Assembly (NCBI GenBank): GCA_964016885.1
Contig: OZ024746.1
Span: 48,050,001 to 48,114,000, forward strand
Length of the DNA: 64,000 bases
From: Eledone cirrhosa
Taxonomy: Eukaryota
Direction: 5' to 3'
Below the pieces are notes generated by a model. The model was not told the origin of the DNA and did no database searches. It was given only the letters and a program-made list of their open reading frames with translations. The position numbers were made by a program, and so were the translations under genes. Shown here piece by piece: positions 12,758 through 26,973 of the stretch (position 1 is its first letter; the number at the start of each line of letters is the position of its first letter).

Positions 12758-14077
12758 CTGAAGAAGAGATAGAAACAAAGACAAGTTGAATAAACCATTC
12801 AAGGACAGAGGAAATGATGAGATAAAGAAATCAAATTCAGTTAAGGAAATCCAAGCAAAGTATTTCTTGCTCAATCACCAATGTTGCATAACATTTATTT
12901 CATAAAACAAAAACAATGCACATTCTTTTGGATGAAATGTAAAACAACTTACCTCTCTATTACACAATTAATAACACCTTTGAAGAAAACATGTATATAT
13001 CATCATCATTAAATATCTGTTTCCTTGCTAGCAAGAGCTCGACAGGTTGTCACAGAACAAATCAGTACTTAACCAGAGCTACTGACCTCTCATACTGGTG
13101 AGGAATCTGTATCTTGCTTACATATGCTCCTGCACTCTACTGAATGCATTTTATCATGGCACCAGCACAAGGGTGGTTATCATGTCTTTAAAGATGACCA
13201 CTATAGTAGGTCAAGTAACAGCATAACAGGGGTTGTTCCTAGTACTTAAACCTGAGCATGAAATTTTAAAAATTCAGAACCATATATTTGAAGTAGGGTA
13301 CATATATATGTACTCTACAACTGTCTCTAATAAAAAATCTATACTAAAATCAAATTTGTTATCTGCATTCAATTATATATCTTAGGCATGCATTTTATGC
13401 ATTGCAATCATGCAGAAAATGTCACTGCTGCATAAAGAGCCTCCCTCATTAGCTCAACAGTTTGTTGTAGCATTGCCAAAATCAATGTTGATATAGGGCA
13501 CTAAAATGAAATTTCCATTGGAGACCCTGTCATTGAATGGATTATAGGAGTTACCAATTATACCAATATTGAACTAGGATTGATTATATTGACCATACTT
13601 GCCCTGCTCCTTTGAAGAAATTGTGCTAACATTACAAGCTACAGTGAGTATAGGAAAATAAATAAATGTTTGTCAAAAGTAAAGAGAAACAACAATGCAA
13701 ATAATATGAAAAAATATATTTGTTTAATGCTTGATATAGTAAGAAAAGAGACTTAATGCTTCGGACACTGGTCCTTCATCAGAAGATAAAATGAGAAAAG
13801 ATGAAATAGAAAGATGGAGAGTGGGAAGCGGAAGGAACAGGAAAAATAATTTTTTGAGAAAAAGCAAGTTTGTATTCAGTCAGCTATTTTAAGGAGAAAT
13901 AAAAAAAAAAAAACTTATGTACAACTGCTACTACAATAATTTGGGGAAAATGAGGAAGTCACTTATATCAATCCCAGGACTTGACTGGTACTTTATTTCA
14001 TCAACCCCAGAATGCTGAAAGGCAAAGTTGACTTTGGTATGATTTAAACTCAGAACATTAAGAGCTTACTTAAATAC

Positions 14078-14257
14078 TTGTTTCTACTTTAGGCACAAGG
14101 CCAGCAATCATCAGTTCATTACTGGTACTTTATTTTATCGACCCCGTAAGGATGAAAGGCAAAGTCAACCTCGGCGGGATTTGAACTCAGATCGTAAAGG
14201 GACGTAACTATGCTGGAAAGCATGGCGTCCGACCCTCTACCGATACTGCCAATCCAC
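14078..14257 (-). mobile_element. Nin-domain SINE copy
   Basis: Near-consensus reverse complement; an older degenerate copy lies at about 13940-14055. Confidence 0.85.
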
Positions 14258-14481
14258 GTACTGCAAAGCATTATGTCTGACACTCTAACAATTGTCTTTA
14301 TCCCCCACCTTATAACAATGATAATTTATTTTATTTACCACAAAGGTTACAGCATGAAGGTGGAGGTTTACATAGATATCAGGGGTGAGGTAAAAATATA
14401 TATGGTATCCAAATTAGGCACACATAGTATACAAATAAAACGTATTCAGTCTTCCTGGTACAGCAGAACATCCATCTAAGG

Positions 14482-14750
14482 CAGTGTTTCCCAACATTTT
14501 TCATGCCCGCACCCTTAAACATTTAAGATACTCTCGCACCCTTTCAAAAAGTAATAATTTATTTTAGAATAAAGGAGACAAATTAATACTAAATTTGAGC
14601 AACAAATTTATATAATCTAATTTTTGAATAATATGTAAACAAAAATAAGACATATGGAAAAGATTAAAAAAATATAAATTAAAATTTGAATGGATCCTAA
14701 AAAAAGAATTAAATTATCAGTTATCTCGCACCCCTAGTTGGGAAACCCTG
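14482..14750. mobile_element. hAT (Charlie-like) MITE
   Basis: TIRs CAGTGTTTCCCAAC / GTTGGGAAACCCTG; 8-bp TSD atctaagg / atctaaag. Confidence 0.85.
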
Positions 14751-16479
14751 ATCTAAAGGAAGTTGAGGAAGCCAACAGATGGACAATATCCTTAACCACC
14801 AAGAGTGAGTGTTCTCTTCCATCTGTCATTGTTTCTGACCTACAGGCACTGAGAATATTCTCATTCACTGGTGCCATTTTTGATACTTTTAAATAAGGAG
14901 CACATGTAAAAAATACAAATAAACCAACCAAGAAAACCCTCTAAATTGTTTGTCTACCAATGACAGCAGAACAACATATATAATAACTAATTTTTATTGT
15001 CCTCTCAGACAGACAGCCGGACACTGGAAACAAAACTCGACTTTTCTTGCTTACTTTATTATTGCTTGTTTTTCATTCGTCTTTATTATTATTATTACTA
15101 CTATTACTAGAATTACTATTATTAGTATTATCATTACTATTATTATTGTCATTAACTTTGTTTCATTCACATGTATAACCTTGTAGTTACATTAGTGCTG
15201 AAGAAATTTAAGAACACATTTATTGATCACCTTAAACTGAATCAGGTCACAATAATGATAGTAATACTACTACTACTACTAATAATAATAATGGTTTCAT
15301 AATAATGTTTCTACTTTTGGCACAAGGCCAGTAATTATCCTAGTGCATTACTGGTGCTTTATTTTATCCACCCGTAAGGATGAAAAAAAATAATGATAAC
15401 AATTCACACTACATGAAATCAAACAGAGAGCAAACCACCAAAAGGTAGTTGGTGTGGTGTTGGTCAGTACAAAATACTAATGAAGCCACTTGATGAAAAA
15501 TGTAAAAAAATAAAAAGAGAAAAATAGGAAAAATCAAAATCAAAAAAATAATTTAAAAAAAAAGTACAAATATTTAGCCCAGAGGAAAGAAAGTCTGAAG
15601 TATATTATAAAAAAAAAACAGAAAAAAAAGTAAAGGGAGACAGTTGAAAAAGAAAAGCTAAATATATATTAAAAAAATATACAATAAACATAGTCAAGTA
15701 GAGCAGGTGCATTTGTACTGGTAATGAGTAGAAAATGAAGCATTACAGACAAACCATAGAAATGAATGAATGAGTTTATAGAGAGAATCATTCTCTGCTT
15801 TCCAGGTATTGGCTATAGATTTGTCAGATGAAGATAAAAATAGAAATAAACAGAATATATATATATATATATATATTTGGTAGACAAGTATGCAATTCAC
15901 TTCAAGCACTCGACGACATATTACTTTTTTAAAATAAGGATGACGGAGTATATTCATAAAGAGGAAAATGCGAAGTTGTAGATGTCAGAGTCTTTCATTA
16001 ATTGAGCTGTTATACATATTTCCATGGCGATAGATATCGTGATTTCTTCAGACAGCAAAATTGAGTGAAAGGTACCATTTCCAAGGCAATTATGGGAGCA
16101 GACTAAAAAAATGTTTTAGTTTGGTTGCTTCTATATATAATATTAATGCCAGTATATGGAGATGGAATATGCGAAATGTTTCATAACATTTCAAATAATT
16201 GGATGTACAACTCCCTTGAAACATGTGTAAGGAAATAAATATGGTTTTAAAAGATAAGGTTTTCCAATGGGCAGATCTGATCATTCCAGTTAGCAAATCA
16301 TGATGTAATAAGTTAAAGCACTCAACATTATGCAAATCATCCATCATAGATATGGTGTCTTGTGGTTGGTGCAGGGATGGAGTTAAATATCTATTTGAAA
16401 GACAACAGAAGAGTAAACTCGAAATATTCTTTTAATGTTGCAACATCAAAAGCCTTCTGTTGCCATCTAAATATATATA

Positions 16480-17167
16480 TCTTCTATATATATAAAAGCG
16501 AGGATGTGTGTGTGTGTGTGTGTGTGCGTGCGTGCGGACAACTTTGGACAGCTAAGGCTTTTACAATTCCCAACCGAATTTGACCATATTTTCTGTGCAC
16601 GTTGCACCTGTCGCTAAGAAGGTCACATCACAAATATTTTTCAAATCGACCCACGTTGAGCAATAAAAAATCGATAGCAAAATTATTTTTTTCTAAAGTG
16701 CATGATGTAAGGTAGAAATCAATCAAAACAAAATCCTTATGGGACTTTCAATGACTATGTCATGCAGGATATTTTGGATTATAAGTTCAAAATTTAACCA
16801 TACACAGCAAAGGATGCTCTCAAAGAATACATTTTCTCTTATTCTACTCTCATTGGTTTTTGTTTGTATACAACTCTGCTTTCATTACAACTTTTTGTAC
16901 TTCAGCAAAACTGCCTGTTTTTTTTACAGATTTGCAACGTGTATTGTCTTTAATCATTTGTATAACTACATCCTGTTCAGTGTTTTCCTTCATTATCAGC
17001 ATAGTTTTATGTGTACAAAGATTGCACTAAATATTCGTTTTCATTAATTATTGAAGACTTCTGCTTATTTTGACAGGTTGGGGACACATAATTTTCTTCT
17101 TTTACTTCCTAGCTGTATATTCTTAGCATAATTTAAAACCGCGGGCAACGCCGGGTAAATCTGCTAG
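16480..17167 (+). mobile_element. Non-autonomous Helitron
   Basis: 5' a|TCTTCTATATATATAAAAG..(gt)n; 3' GC-rich hairpin-like ccgcgggcaacgccggg followed by CTAG|t. Confidence 0.85.
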
Positions 17168-17993
17168 TATATTATTAAGTAAGAAGAAATAGTAGACACA
17201 GATATATACCTATTTTTTCTTCAATGTCCCGACTGTACAGTTTCGCTGGTCAGTATCCAAAAATCCTACATCATAGAGATGCAACATTGTTGTGAGGTAA
17301 GCCAGCTTTTCAAGGGAACACCTCAGGGAAAGAGCTCTTCTAGACACGTTCGTAGCATGTGAGAAAATCTCAAAAAGGCGGAGGGAGATACTATCACGTG
17401 ATACACCGGTCAAGAAAGGGGACTAAATCCCTTGTAGAGTGAAAAATATCTCAGAAGGCAGAGGGGGATATTGACATGATACAGAGGCTATAGAGGGGTG
17501 GTAAGGTTGATTGAAAGTGTTTATAGTGTTTGCTTGGAAGCAGTTACTATACTTCCGTGGTTACTCTACCGTGAACGAGTTTGAGACAATAATGAGAGGT
17601 ACGCACTTATATGTGCATACATACATACTCATGTATATATGTATACACATATTTTTTCACAAGTATGTGAGATTGTGTATTGACCTTAATCAGTGCTGCT
17701 CTATGATTATGAGAGACAAGATAATCGAAATAATTAAATTGACATGATATCAGAGCTATGTAACATATAAAGTAAGAATATATATATATATATATATATA
17801 TGCAAAAGTTCTATTTAAAATTGTTGGGATACAACAAGTAAATATTTTTATAACTGATATAAAGCACTCGACAAATTTTTGGAGTAGTATTTTGGAGTAG
17901 TATTTTGTCTGATGAAGCCATACCATAATTTAATGAAATATGTATAATGAAATAAATATGGTTTTATAAATATAGTTTCCATTTATTAATATC

Positions 17994-18028
<35 letters not shown>

Positions 18029-18247
18029 TGGTAGTGATGTTCTGATATAGTATGATTGAGACATGACCAGAGTTGATATTGAATCTTATACAAGATGTTC
18101 ATGTAAACAAACATCCTTGTAGCCTTGTTATGAGTTTAAAAAAAAAAATTGTCATGTCACTGCTATTCTTAGTGAGAGAGAGAGAGAAAAAGAGAGAGCA
18201 CCCTGACAGTATTGTTTTTGGTTTTAACCATAACCAGAAAGGCTTAC

Positions 18248-18259
18248 TCCTTTTGGTGG
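18248..18259 (-). CDS. NCX: Candidate 12-nt NCX cassette microexon (ATKR)
   Basis: cttattctgttttag|CCACCAAAAGGA|gtaagc; phase 1-1; gives ..ATKR-S-SGSDN. Confidence 0.55.
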
Positions 18260-18438
18260 CTAAAACAGAATAAGCTAAAAGCTTATAGATTTTATGCTTA
18301 TGATCATCAACTGATGAAGCTCATTTGCATACAGAGCAAAAAGATGGCAGGCTTGAATTATTATATATATGTCTGAGAGATAGAGAGAGTGTGTGTCCAT
18401 TTTTATGTCATTGATTGTATTTATCTTCGAAAACTTAC

Positions 18439-18442
18439 TAGT
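18439..18442 (-). other. Candidate 4-nt microexon (ACTA), frame-shifting
   Basis: tttattttttgctcttttgttag|ACTA|gtaagt: long polypyrimidine tract with TGC and a perfect donor, but length is not a multiple of 3. Confidence 0.3.
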
Positions 18443-18544
18443 CTAACAAAAGAGCAAAAAAATAAAGAATCGATAAAATACAGACTTGAAAAAATAACTA
18501 TTGGCCAGTTTAATAACTGAAATAAAAGAACACAAACACACCCG

Positions 18545-18589
<45 letters not shown>

Positions 18590-19253
18590 TACGTGTGTAT
18601 ATACTTTAAGCATGAATCTAATAAGACTGTATGTATGTACGTATGTATATATGTATGGAGAGAGAGAGAGAGAGATTTCAAAATAAAAATATTTATGCCA
18701 TTTGTTAATAGCAACATGAGACCAAAAATGGGATGATGATAATCTTTATCATACGTTTGCTCAATCTGTGCTGACTTATCAAACAACAACAATAACAATT
18801 TGTTGATTGTGAATCCGTAGAAACAGTTTTTAAAACAAGATGAGTTGAATAATTTCTCTTTCTCTTTCTTAGATGTGAGTGCCAAGACATATTTGCACCC
18901 TATATGGGGTGGTGAGATGTTCAGGGCTGAAGTATTTGATGGGCTCTGAGAAAGGAAGCCCAAACTTTATGCTTCAACCTCTTGACTATGTGAAAAATGT
19001 AATGTAGCTGTGAAAGAACATTAAGGATGGGATTTATAGACAATGACACACACATACAAGCTCATATTCAGAATAAGTTGAATGTTTACTTAGGAATTTC
19101 CGGAGTCAGTAAAACCTATTAACCCTTTTGATACCAAACTGCCTGAAACTGTCCCCGTTGCTATGATGCAAAACTGTTTGTCTTAAAGTGTTTATTGTTA
19201 ATCTAAAAACTTTGTTATGTTCTAAAATATCAACTTAATAATGAGAAAGTTTA

Positions 19254-20935
19254 TCTATATATCTAAAACAGAGAATGTCTGTCTGTCCGACTCCCTAAAA
19301 CTCGAGAACCACCCAACCGAGTTTTAAAACTTTACACATGTAATAGTTATGGTCGTGTGACTGTTTTGAGCAAAAAATATTTCAAATTTTCAATGCATTA
19401 GGTGCCAGTTAGCGATCTCTCTGTCTTTCTTAGTCTGTCTTTTTAGATAGATACATAGCTATAACGTCGCACCCTTATAATATCTGTCTGTATGTCTGAC
19501 TGTCTGCATTACCATATTATGACAGAGTGTGTGTGTGTGTGTGTGTGTGTATATAATCATCATCATCTTCGTTTAACGTCCATTTTCCACGCTAGCATGG
19601 GTTATATATATATACTGATTCATCTGAATTATTGAGCCCTCTGTCGCTCATTTCGAATATTGTTTATCGTGAACTCGTGCGCCGATTTTTCGATACTCGA
19701 TCTTTCTAATATTTTTAGCTCTGGACATAGCTATCCACCAGTTAATTTTATTGCTCATTTTTTGTCGATTCTATTGAGTGATGAATAGCTCTTGTTTTAT
19801 TTTAACATGTCTATTGAGCACTCTTATTCGATATGTGTATTTCCACATTTCCTCGAATAGTTTTCGCGGATGTAGAGGTTATCTCCCTTGTCGAAATCCA
19901 TGTGCGTATTTCGCTTGTGGTTAGCCCCTTATCCGCTAGGAAAAAGCTCGTTGATGAAGTAAACTCCATTCCTCTTGCTCTAGTAGCCTTATATATTTAT
20001 ATGTGAGCTGATAGAGTACAGTCTAAGGATTTACAGAAACCCAAGAAGCTAGATTTAACACCTTTCTAGTGGGTCCGGGTATGATTTTACATTCATTTAA
20101 ATTATTGATGCATTGTTTTATTGATATTTTTTATCTGTTTGTCCCGAATCTTCTATTATCGATTTTTTATCGTATGGTTGATTGTAGACTTGTTCTATGT
20201 GTGACGGTATTTTAACGATAGTTATAGCTCTGATTCATCTGAATTATTGAGCCCTCTGCCGCTCATTTCGAATATTGTTTATCGTGAACTCGTGCGCCGA
20301 TTTTTCGATACTCGATCTTTCTAATATATATATATATATATATATAGTGTGTAACGTTTTTCGAAATATTTCGAAATATTTCGAAATATTTACTTCTGCG
20401 TTCAGATTGATTTTTTTAGTTTCAGAAGATCCCGTTAAGAGTGAAAGCAGCGATTCTTCGCTTAAACTTTAATCTGTTATCCTTATATATATATATAATT
20501 ATATATTCGTGTACAGATATTTTTGTATACCCAATAACAAAATATAAACAAACGTATTTATTTCACGAGGCTCGATAAGGATAAATATATATCAAATATA
20601 TAAGAACCCTAGAGCAAATAATCTCATTGCTGTTGAGGCAGAAGGGGATATACACGATTGACTGAAGAAGGACGAGATTGTGTTTGTAGTACGACCAACG
20701 GCTGCTATTTACACCAACAGCAGCAAAAACAACAACAAAAAAGAGAGGGGGTGCTATTACATGCTTTTGAAAAATCTTAATGGAAAATTATTTGCCTATT
20801 CACCCAAGGCGACTTCACTTTTTATTAGGACTTCTGCATCAATTGGTGAACATACGACAAAACTGTTTCAGAAAGGAGGGATAAACATGCCAATCTATGT
20901 TTAGAATCCCGAGCAATGCCGGGCCATTCTGTTAG
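19254..20935 (+). mobile_element. Non-autonomous Helitron with nested insertions
   Basis: 5' a|TCTATATATCTAAAAC; 3' cccgagcaatgccggg..TTAG|t. Internal ~97-bp direct repeat at about 19615-19710 and 20231-20326. Confidence 0.75.
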
Positions 20936-21139
20936 TATTACTACTAAATCCCTCCAAATTCTTGAATATTTGATTATTGAAAAAAAAATGATTTGAAAAT
21001 CTTAGGGTTTGTTTTTCATTAGAAATATAACAAAAGAGTTAAGAATTTCTTCCCCAATCCCCAACCATTATACACATAGAAAAGTCTATTAGTAAAATAT
21101 GAATTTTGTTTTGTAATAGGATCATGAACAAAGTTGATC

Positions 21140-21590
21140 TCACATGTCTCCGTCTCCAACTAAGTCGCTTCAGGCATAAACCTGGTACTGTGGCTGCTTC
21201 CTCTTCGCACCGGTTGCTGTTGACACCTCAGGTATACTCAGAGCCCGTACTGCTGAGCTCCTCTGCAAGATCAGAATGTCAGCAGCCTGTCTGAGGAAGG
21301 TACCTTGTGAGGTGGGCTGGCTGTTGCAGCGGGTATTGCTGGCCATTGTCTGCGGAAATGCTTTTGCGGTGTTGTCCGTGGGGTACAACCCCAACACCGC
21401 TGCACTCTAGGTCCAGTGCTCAACGCACTCCCCCTTCTAGAGCCCTTGCTTTTCCCGCCTTTTCTATTTTTGAATAATTGTAGTGCTTTTTTAATTACTT
21501 TATAGTTCATGTAGATACTCATTTATTAAATTGTGTATATTTCATTGTTATTTAATTTATATCATCTGTAGTGTGAATTATTATTATTAT
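21140..21590 (+). mobile_element. CRE-clade non-LTR retrotransposon 3' remnant (restriction-like endonuclease C-terminus)
   Basis: One frame reads PVAVDTSGILRARTAELLCKI..WLLQRVLLAIVCGNAFAVLS, resembling the P-x-A-V-E-T-x-G...L-x-QR-x-S-x-A-I-x-R-GNA motif. Ends in (att)n. Confidence 0.65.
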
Positions 21591-22559
21591 AAGCTGGCCT
21601 TGTGCCGTCAAAATGACGGCTAATTATAATATCTATACATAATATAAAAAGGAGATGTTTGTTTGTTGGTTGATTCCTTCGTGTTCACTCACACAAGTGA
21701 TATAAACATACAAAGACACAGCTGTGATGAATCTTAGAATGCTGGACTTCAATAGTTTCACCCCCGCCCCCTCCTCAGTCATCAAATAGATGTGTGTGTA
21801 TGTTATAATTATTTTTTCCCTCAGTCGACGTTATCACCCCTTCCTTCCTCAGTCATTCCTAGTGTGTGATGGACAAATACACAAGGCTTTTATATTAGTA
21901 GATCATCATCATTTATTACCATTGAATAATGTAGTCCTGGATACACAATGCCCATGATAAGGATGGAATTGATCATGGTTAGAACATATTGGATCATAAA
22001 TATATCCAATCATGGGTAACTTGTATGGTGTTATTTGTGGGCACGATTTTATAACTGACATTTGCATCATCATGATCACCCCCACCACCACCATTGTCAT
22101 CATTGTGCCCACCATCATTGTCAAATTCAATGGTAAATATTAACGGAAATCATATTCGAAACTGTGAGAAAAAATGTTATCCTGTTTGTTTCTTCTCATA
22201 TATAAACAAGTATTGACATTATATTTTCACAGAATTATGGAAAAAAATATTGCAAAATACATGAACATAACTATAGGATGGAAAACGAAATATGGATGAA
22301 GGAGAGAAGAAAGAAAAAAGATTTCTTTAAATGTCACCACCAATGCTGATATTTCACTCCATCATTATTCCAAATTTTTCTGTCTGTGAAATCGTTCATA
22401 TTTTTTGTCACCTGAATGAATGCACAAAGTAAGAAACTCAGGGTAGTGATGGAATGAATAATCAGCTCCAAATGAATTCGTAAATAATTCCACTATATGT
22501 ATGGAGCACTGCAAATCGAAATGTGTGTATGTGTACGTACATGTATGTTCTCTTTGGCA

Positions 22560-22990
22560 TTTCTTCATATCAGAAGTGAATTTTCAAGCGCTTTCCTTGT
22601 TATATGGTACTCCCTTTTCTTTTAGCTGCCAGACCCTTTTGGCCGGTGCTGTGGTGGTTTTCATGTTGGGGTATTTAAATGAGGAAAGGTGCAGGTACAA
22701 TCTTTGTTTAAAACAGTCGTGAACCATATCTACCTATTTTTTTTGGGGGGGGGGGGGGGGGGGGGGCTCTCTGGTTTGTTGGCTTTGTGTGTTTGATCTC
22801 TGCTTCGTAAATTATGGATTTAACATTACAGTTTTGCTGTAATGGACAGTCATTTTTCTTTAAATTCTGTCGGAAGTTCGGTTCTCAGTAGTGTCTGTTG
22901 GCCACTTCTTTTGTTTCTTAAAGTTTTTACCTGATTTTCTAAAGCTGTTATTATTTATAATAATTTCTGCATTTGAATTCTAACATTTCA
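22560..22990 (-). mobile_element. Penelope-like element remnant (GIY-YIG endonuclease)
   Basis: Minus-strand translation includes CPLQQNCNVKSIIYEAEIK and FKQRLYLHLSSFKY..TTT..AKRVWQLKEKG. Confidence 0.7.
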
Positions 22991-23491
22991 AATTTTAAAT
23001 CAACCAAGTGCCTCGATAAATAAACATTATCATCGTTTAATACCCACTTTCCCCACTAGCAAGGGTTGGATTTGTCTTCATACTCCGTGTTAGTACTGGA
23101 TGTTAGAATTGTATGTATTTATGTTGGGCAAAGAAAAATATAATTCTCAAATAAAACAGTAGTCTTTTATTCTGTGCTTAATGCAAGAGATGCCAAGGAA
23201 GAAAAAATCGCAAAGGAGATAATGAAGTTAAGAAAATATCATATTTAAAAAAAAAAGATTGATTGATTGTTTCAAGGTAGGCAACTGACGAGAGGGTGAT
23301 GGAATCGTGAAATTAGTTTCAACTAAAAGAGGATTTGGATGTAGTCTTCAATTGCAGAGGATATGGCAAGAGATAATGAAGTCGTGAAACTAGTTTCTAC
23401 TGGAGGGGAAAAAAAAAAAAATGTTGGAGAGCATTCAATGTGCGAAATAATGGCAAATTCTAGATATTCTAGAAATCAGCCATAAACTGAC

Positions 23492-23671
23492 CTGATGCAT
23501 GATGAATACTTGCTAAAGAAATGTTGCTATCACTTGATTGATGATTTGGATGTTTTTCTTTCTCTCCATCTGCTTGCATAGAGCTTGATGAAGCAAAAGT
23601 TTCCAGTGCTGTACTTAATCTATCGTCAGAGCTGGTTTGAGATATTTTTCGAAAAAAATGAGAAATGGTAC
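23492..23671 (-). CDS. NCX: NCX CBD2 F-G loop cassette exon, paralogue 3 (180 nt, 60 aa)
   Basis: gcatgttctattctag|GTACC ... GCATCAG|gtcagt; phase 1-1 and open. GTISHFFRKISQTSSDDRLSTALETFASSSSMQADGEKEKHPNHQSSDSNISLASIHHAS; similar to the exons at 29489 and 35745. Confidence 0.8.
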
Positions 23672-26600
23672 CTAGAATAGAACATGCGGTATACATTGAC
23701 AGATCAATATCATTTAGTCCCCATCTTTCTCATGAAATAATAGTGCTTAGCTGTGCTGTTTCCAGTGAGTGCCTATACAATCTACAATACACACATTTCA
23801 ACATTTTGGTTTAATAACTACTAATTATGTTTTACTTTAAGTAAATTGAAATTTTCGTATAATATATATATTTTAGCTAGATGATTTAGCTTTCAAGGTG
23901 TATCCAGTTAAGAATAGATACACTAAATCCCTTCATGTCATAACAGGCGATTAAAAGAAGGTGTTAGGAAGAGCATCTGGCCGTAAAGCATTGCTTCAAA
24001 ATGGACCCCATGATGATGTTGAAACTTATCATAGAACTTGGAAAATAGCCTTAAAATGGTTGCTGCTGTTCTTAATTAATCTTGTTAATATATAACCAAA
24101 ATATTTATTTAGTGATGCTCTATTCTTTACTATCAAATAAAGAACCTAAAATTATATATTCATTTTGTAAAGTTATTTTGAATAGTTTATTCAAAATATC
24201 AGTGTTCAGAATTTATGAAGCATATTTCTCTGAAATAATTCTAACAAAAACTAATAGTTTAGCAAAACATAACAAAAGCAGCAGAATATTTTGAAAAGAA
24301 TGTTCAGCTACCTTGCTGTGCTTCGTATCAACTGAACTGAACTGATTAATTCAATAAGATTTTGGATAATTTTCAAATGGTAAGAATAATGAAAAAGAGT
24401 GCATTTAAAAAAAAAAAAAGAAAATGTCAATTGAAATATTTTCAATGCTATCGCAGATAGTTTGCATTGCAGTCAGGCTGGACAAAGGCATTTCTTTTAC
24501 AGATATTTGGCACCAATACACATATTAAAGGTGAAAATATGGCAATACGGAATGTTGAATTCTTAATGATAGATTTAAAGTCAAGAGAATTGAAATGATG
24601 GAGGTTTCAGTATGAAACTGTTTGCAAATATTGTCACCATCATCAATATATATGTATTTTCATAATGCATTGACTGTAAATTACTAAAACCTAATATAGG
24701 TTGAATTATTTCCATCTTTTTCACAAAAATAACATCGCAATTATCACAATCGATAGCACTCATAATATTCTTTTGGAAATTGGATTACTATAGAACGATG
24801 GATAAGCAGAATCATTAAAGAATTGAAGAAAATGTATTTAGTAAAATCTCTATATTCTAGGTTCAAATCTTGCCTGAATCAGCTATGCTTTCACACTGTT
24901 GAGGTCAACTATGCTTCATCCTGTCAAAGGTTTTAACCTCCAATGCTGGGTGACACATGGTACCATAAGAATGATCTCCCCTTAATAGATAATGCAGTGT
25001 CAAGAGAAGCAACTCATAAAAATCACTAGCATACTAAAGGTTAAAAAAGTTGAACATATAATCAACTCTTCTTTCCCATCTCCAAAAAGAGATCAATAGA
25101 GTTGATCACTTGTTTACCGATGCCTCTGATCACTAACATATCAAGTAATTGACTGACTATTTATCCACAACGGTATGTGGATCAATAAATAGTAATAAAT
25201 CTATATCTTACAATTGTAAAGAATCCATAAAACACTGATGGCTGAGTTCTATTTAAAGATCAATAAATGTGTAATGTAACTAAGTGAACATGGTTTACAC
25301 ATTTATATCGCAATATAGATAAATTTTATCATGACAAAAATTTAGTTTCTCACAATCTAGCTAGATATATTTTAGGCTGTAGAGAGTTGAACAACCTTGT
25401 GGTAGTTGTAAGATTGACCACTTAACATAAATGCTATTGATTAGAATAAGTAGCTTTCGAGTCAATTTCAAGAGAAAACTTAGTGGAAATCTTTTATTAG
25501 CACATAAGGCCTACTCTGTCTTCTACCTTCCATCTCTATTTTAAGTCACTTTTTTATAATTCAAGACAATAATAAAGCTTCTAAACAGTTGCCTAACCTG
25601 ATAAAAATAACAGCTAAATATTCTTCAATTCACATCCTACTGTTTAAAAGAAAGGAAGGTCACATTGTTCAGTATTGTCCTAGATATACATCAGGAATGC
25701 TTTTGACAAGTCTGCTTAATCCAAGCTGACCTGAGCTCAAACAACATCAAGAATAATTTGTTTTCTATTACAATTTTCCTTAAACCTCTCCTTGTTTCGT
25801 ACATTTCATGACTATGTGGCATTTTTAGGTTTTCTACTTTCACTGTATCTCAAAACTATTACCTATGTTAACAAGGAAACCTCTACAATATTGCTTGAAT
25901 TGCAAAGAATAGCAACCAAATCTCTTTCATATACTTAGTTTAAAAATAAAAAAAGGGTACAAAGGATAATATAGCCCAAGCTGCACTATACCTAAAGAAA
26001 AACACAGAAGAAGGTCATAGATAAGAAAGCCTTTCAGTTTAAGCATCAATAACAACAATAGCTGCTCCCATTTCCACCACCACATCCTATGCATTTCTAT
26101 CACCTTTACATAACAATCATGTCTAATTTAGGCACAAGGACAGCAACATTGGTGGGGGGGGGGGACAAAGGGCAAAGTTGATTACATCAACCCTAGTAAT
26201 TGACAGGTGATTTATTTTACTGATCCTGGAAGCAAAGCTGACTTCAATGGAGATTGAACTCAGAACAAAGAGCAAGAAAAAATACTGCAATGGCATTTTA
26301 TTCAATGCTCTAACCAATTCACCATCCTACCTTTCCATAATAATGGACGATATTGTGATGATTGTCCAGAAATAACTCTATGGTAATGTGCAAATGGATG
26401 GATAAATGCAGCAGGCATCTGCCATTATATCACACATTATTTCCTTGCTTTGCTTGTAAATGACTAATCTACAAAATAGTTGCTGGCAGACTACAAGAAT
26501 AAACACTAACTTACATAAACTGTTTTAACCTTGGTACGGCTGCAAAAGAACAATTATTAATTTTCCCTCTCTCCCGACCAAGCCTCACCCTATACGCTAG

Positions 26601-26794
26601 TTTTTTTATCACATGATATCAGTGCTCATGTAGAACATCATCACAAACTAAATGCTATCTATGGACATACTTTATATAGTTTATCAATAGAAGAGACATA
26701 TAAAAGAGAAAAAAATTGATCCAGATTAGTCTTGCTAAGAGAGAACTGAAATGAATGAATCTATCTATCTTCCTTTCCAATTCAATGATCATTA

Positions 26795-26973
26795 TTGGCA
26801 GTATCGGTAGAGGGTCGGACGCCATGCTTTGATGTATAGAGTTACGGCCCTTGCTATTCTGAGTTCAAATCCCGCCGAGGTTAACTTTGCCTTTCATCCT
26901 TACGGGGTCGATAAAATAAAGTACCAGTAATGTACTGGGTAATTTCTGGCCTTGTGCCAATAGTAGAAACAAT
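26795..26973 (+). mobile_element. Nin-domain SINE copy
   Basis: Near-consensus sequence. Confidence 0.85.

Noticed and set aside
15694-15812. Phase-1 open frame after a pyrimidine-rich acceptor (ANTWKAENDSLYK..stop)
   Set aside because: No frame-compatible donor, and composition is unremarkable.
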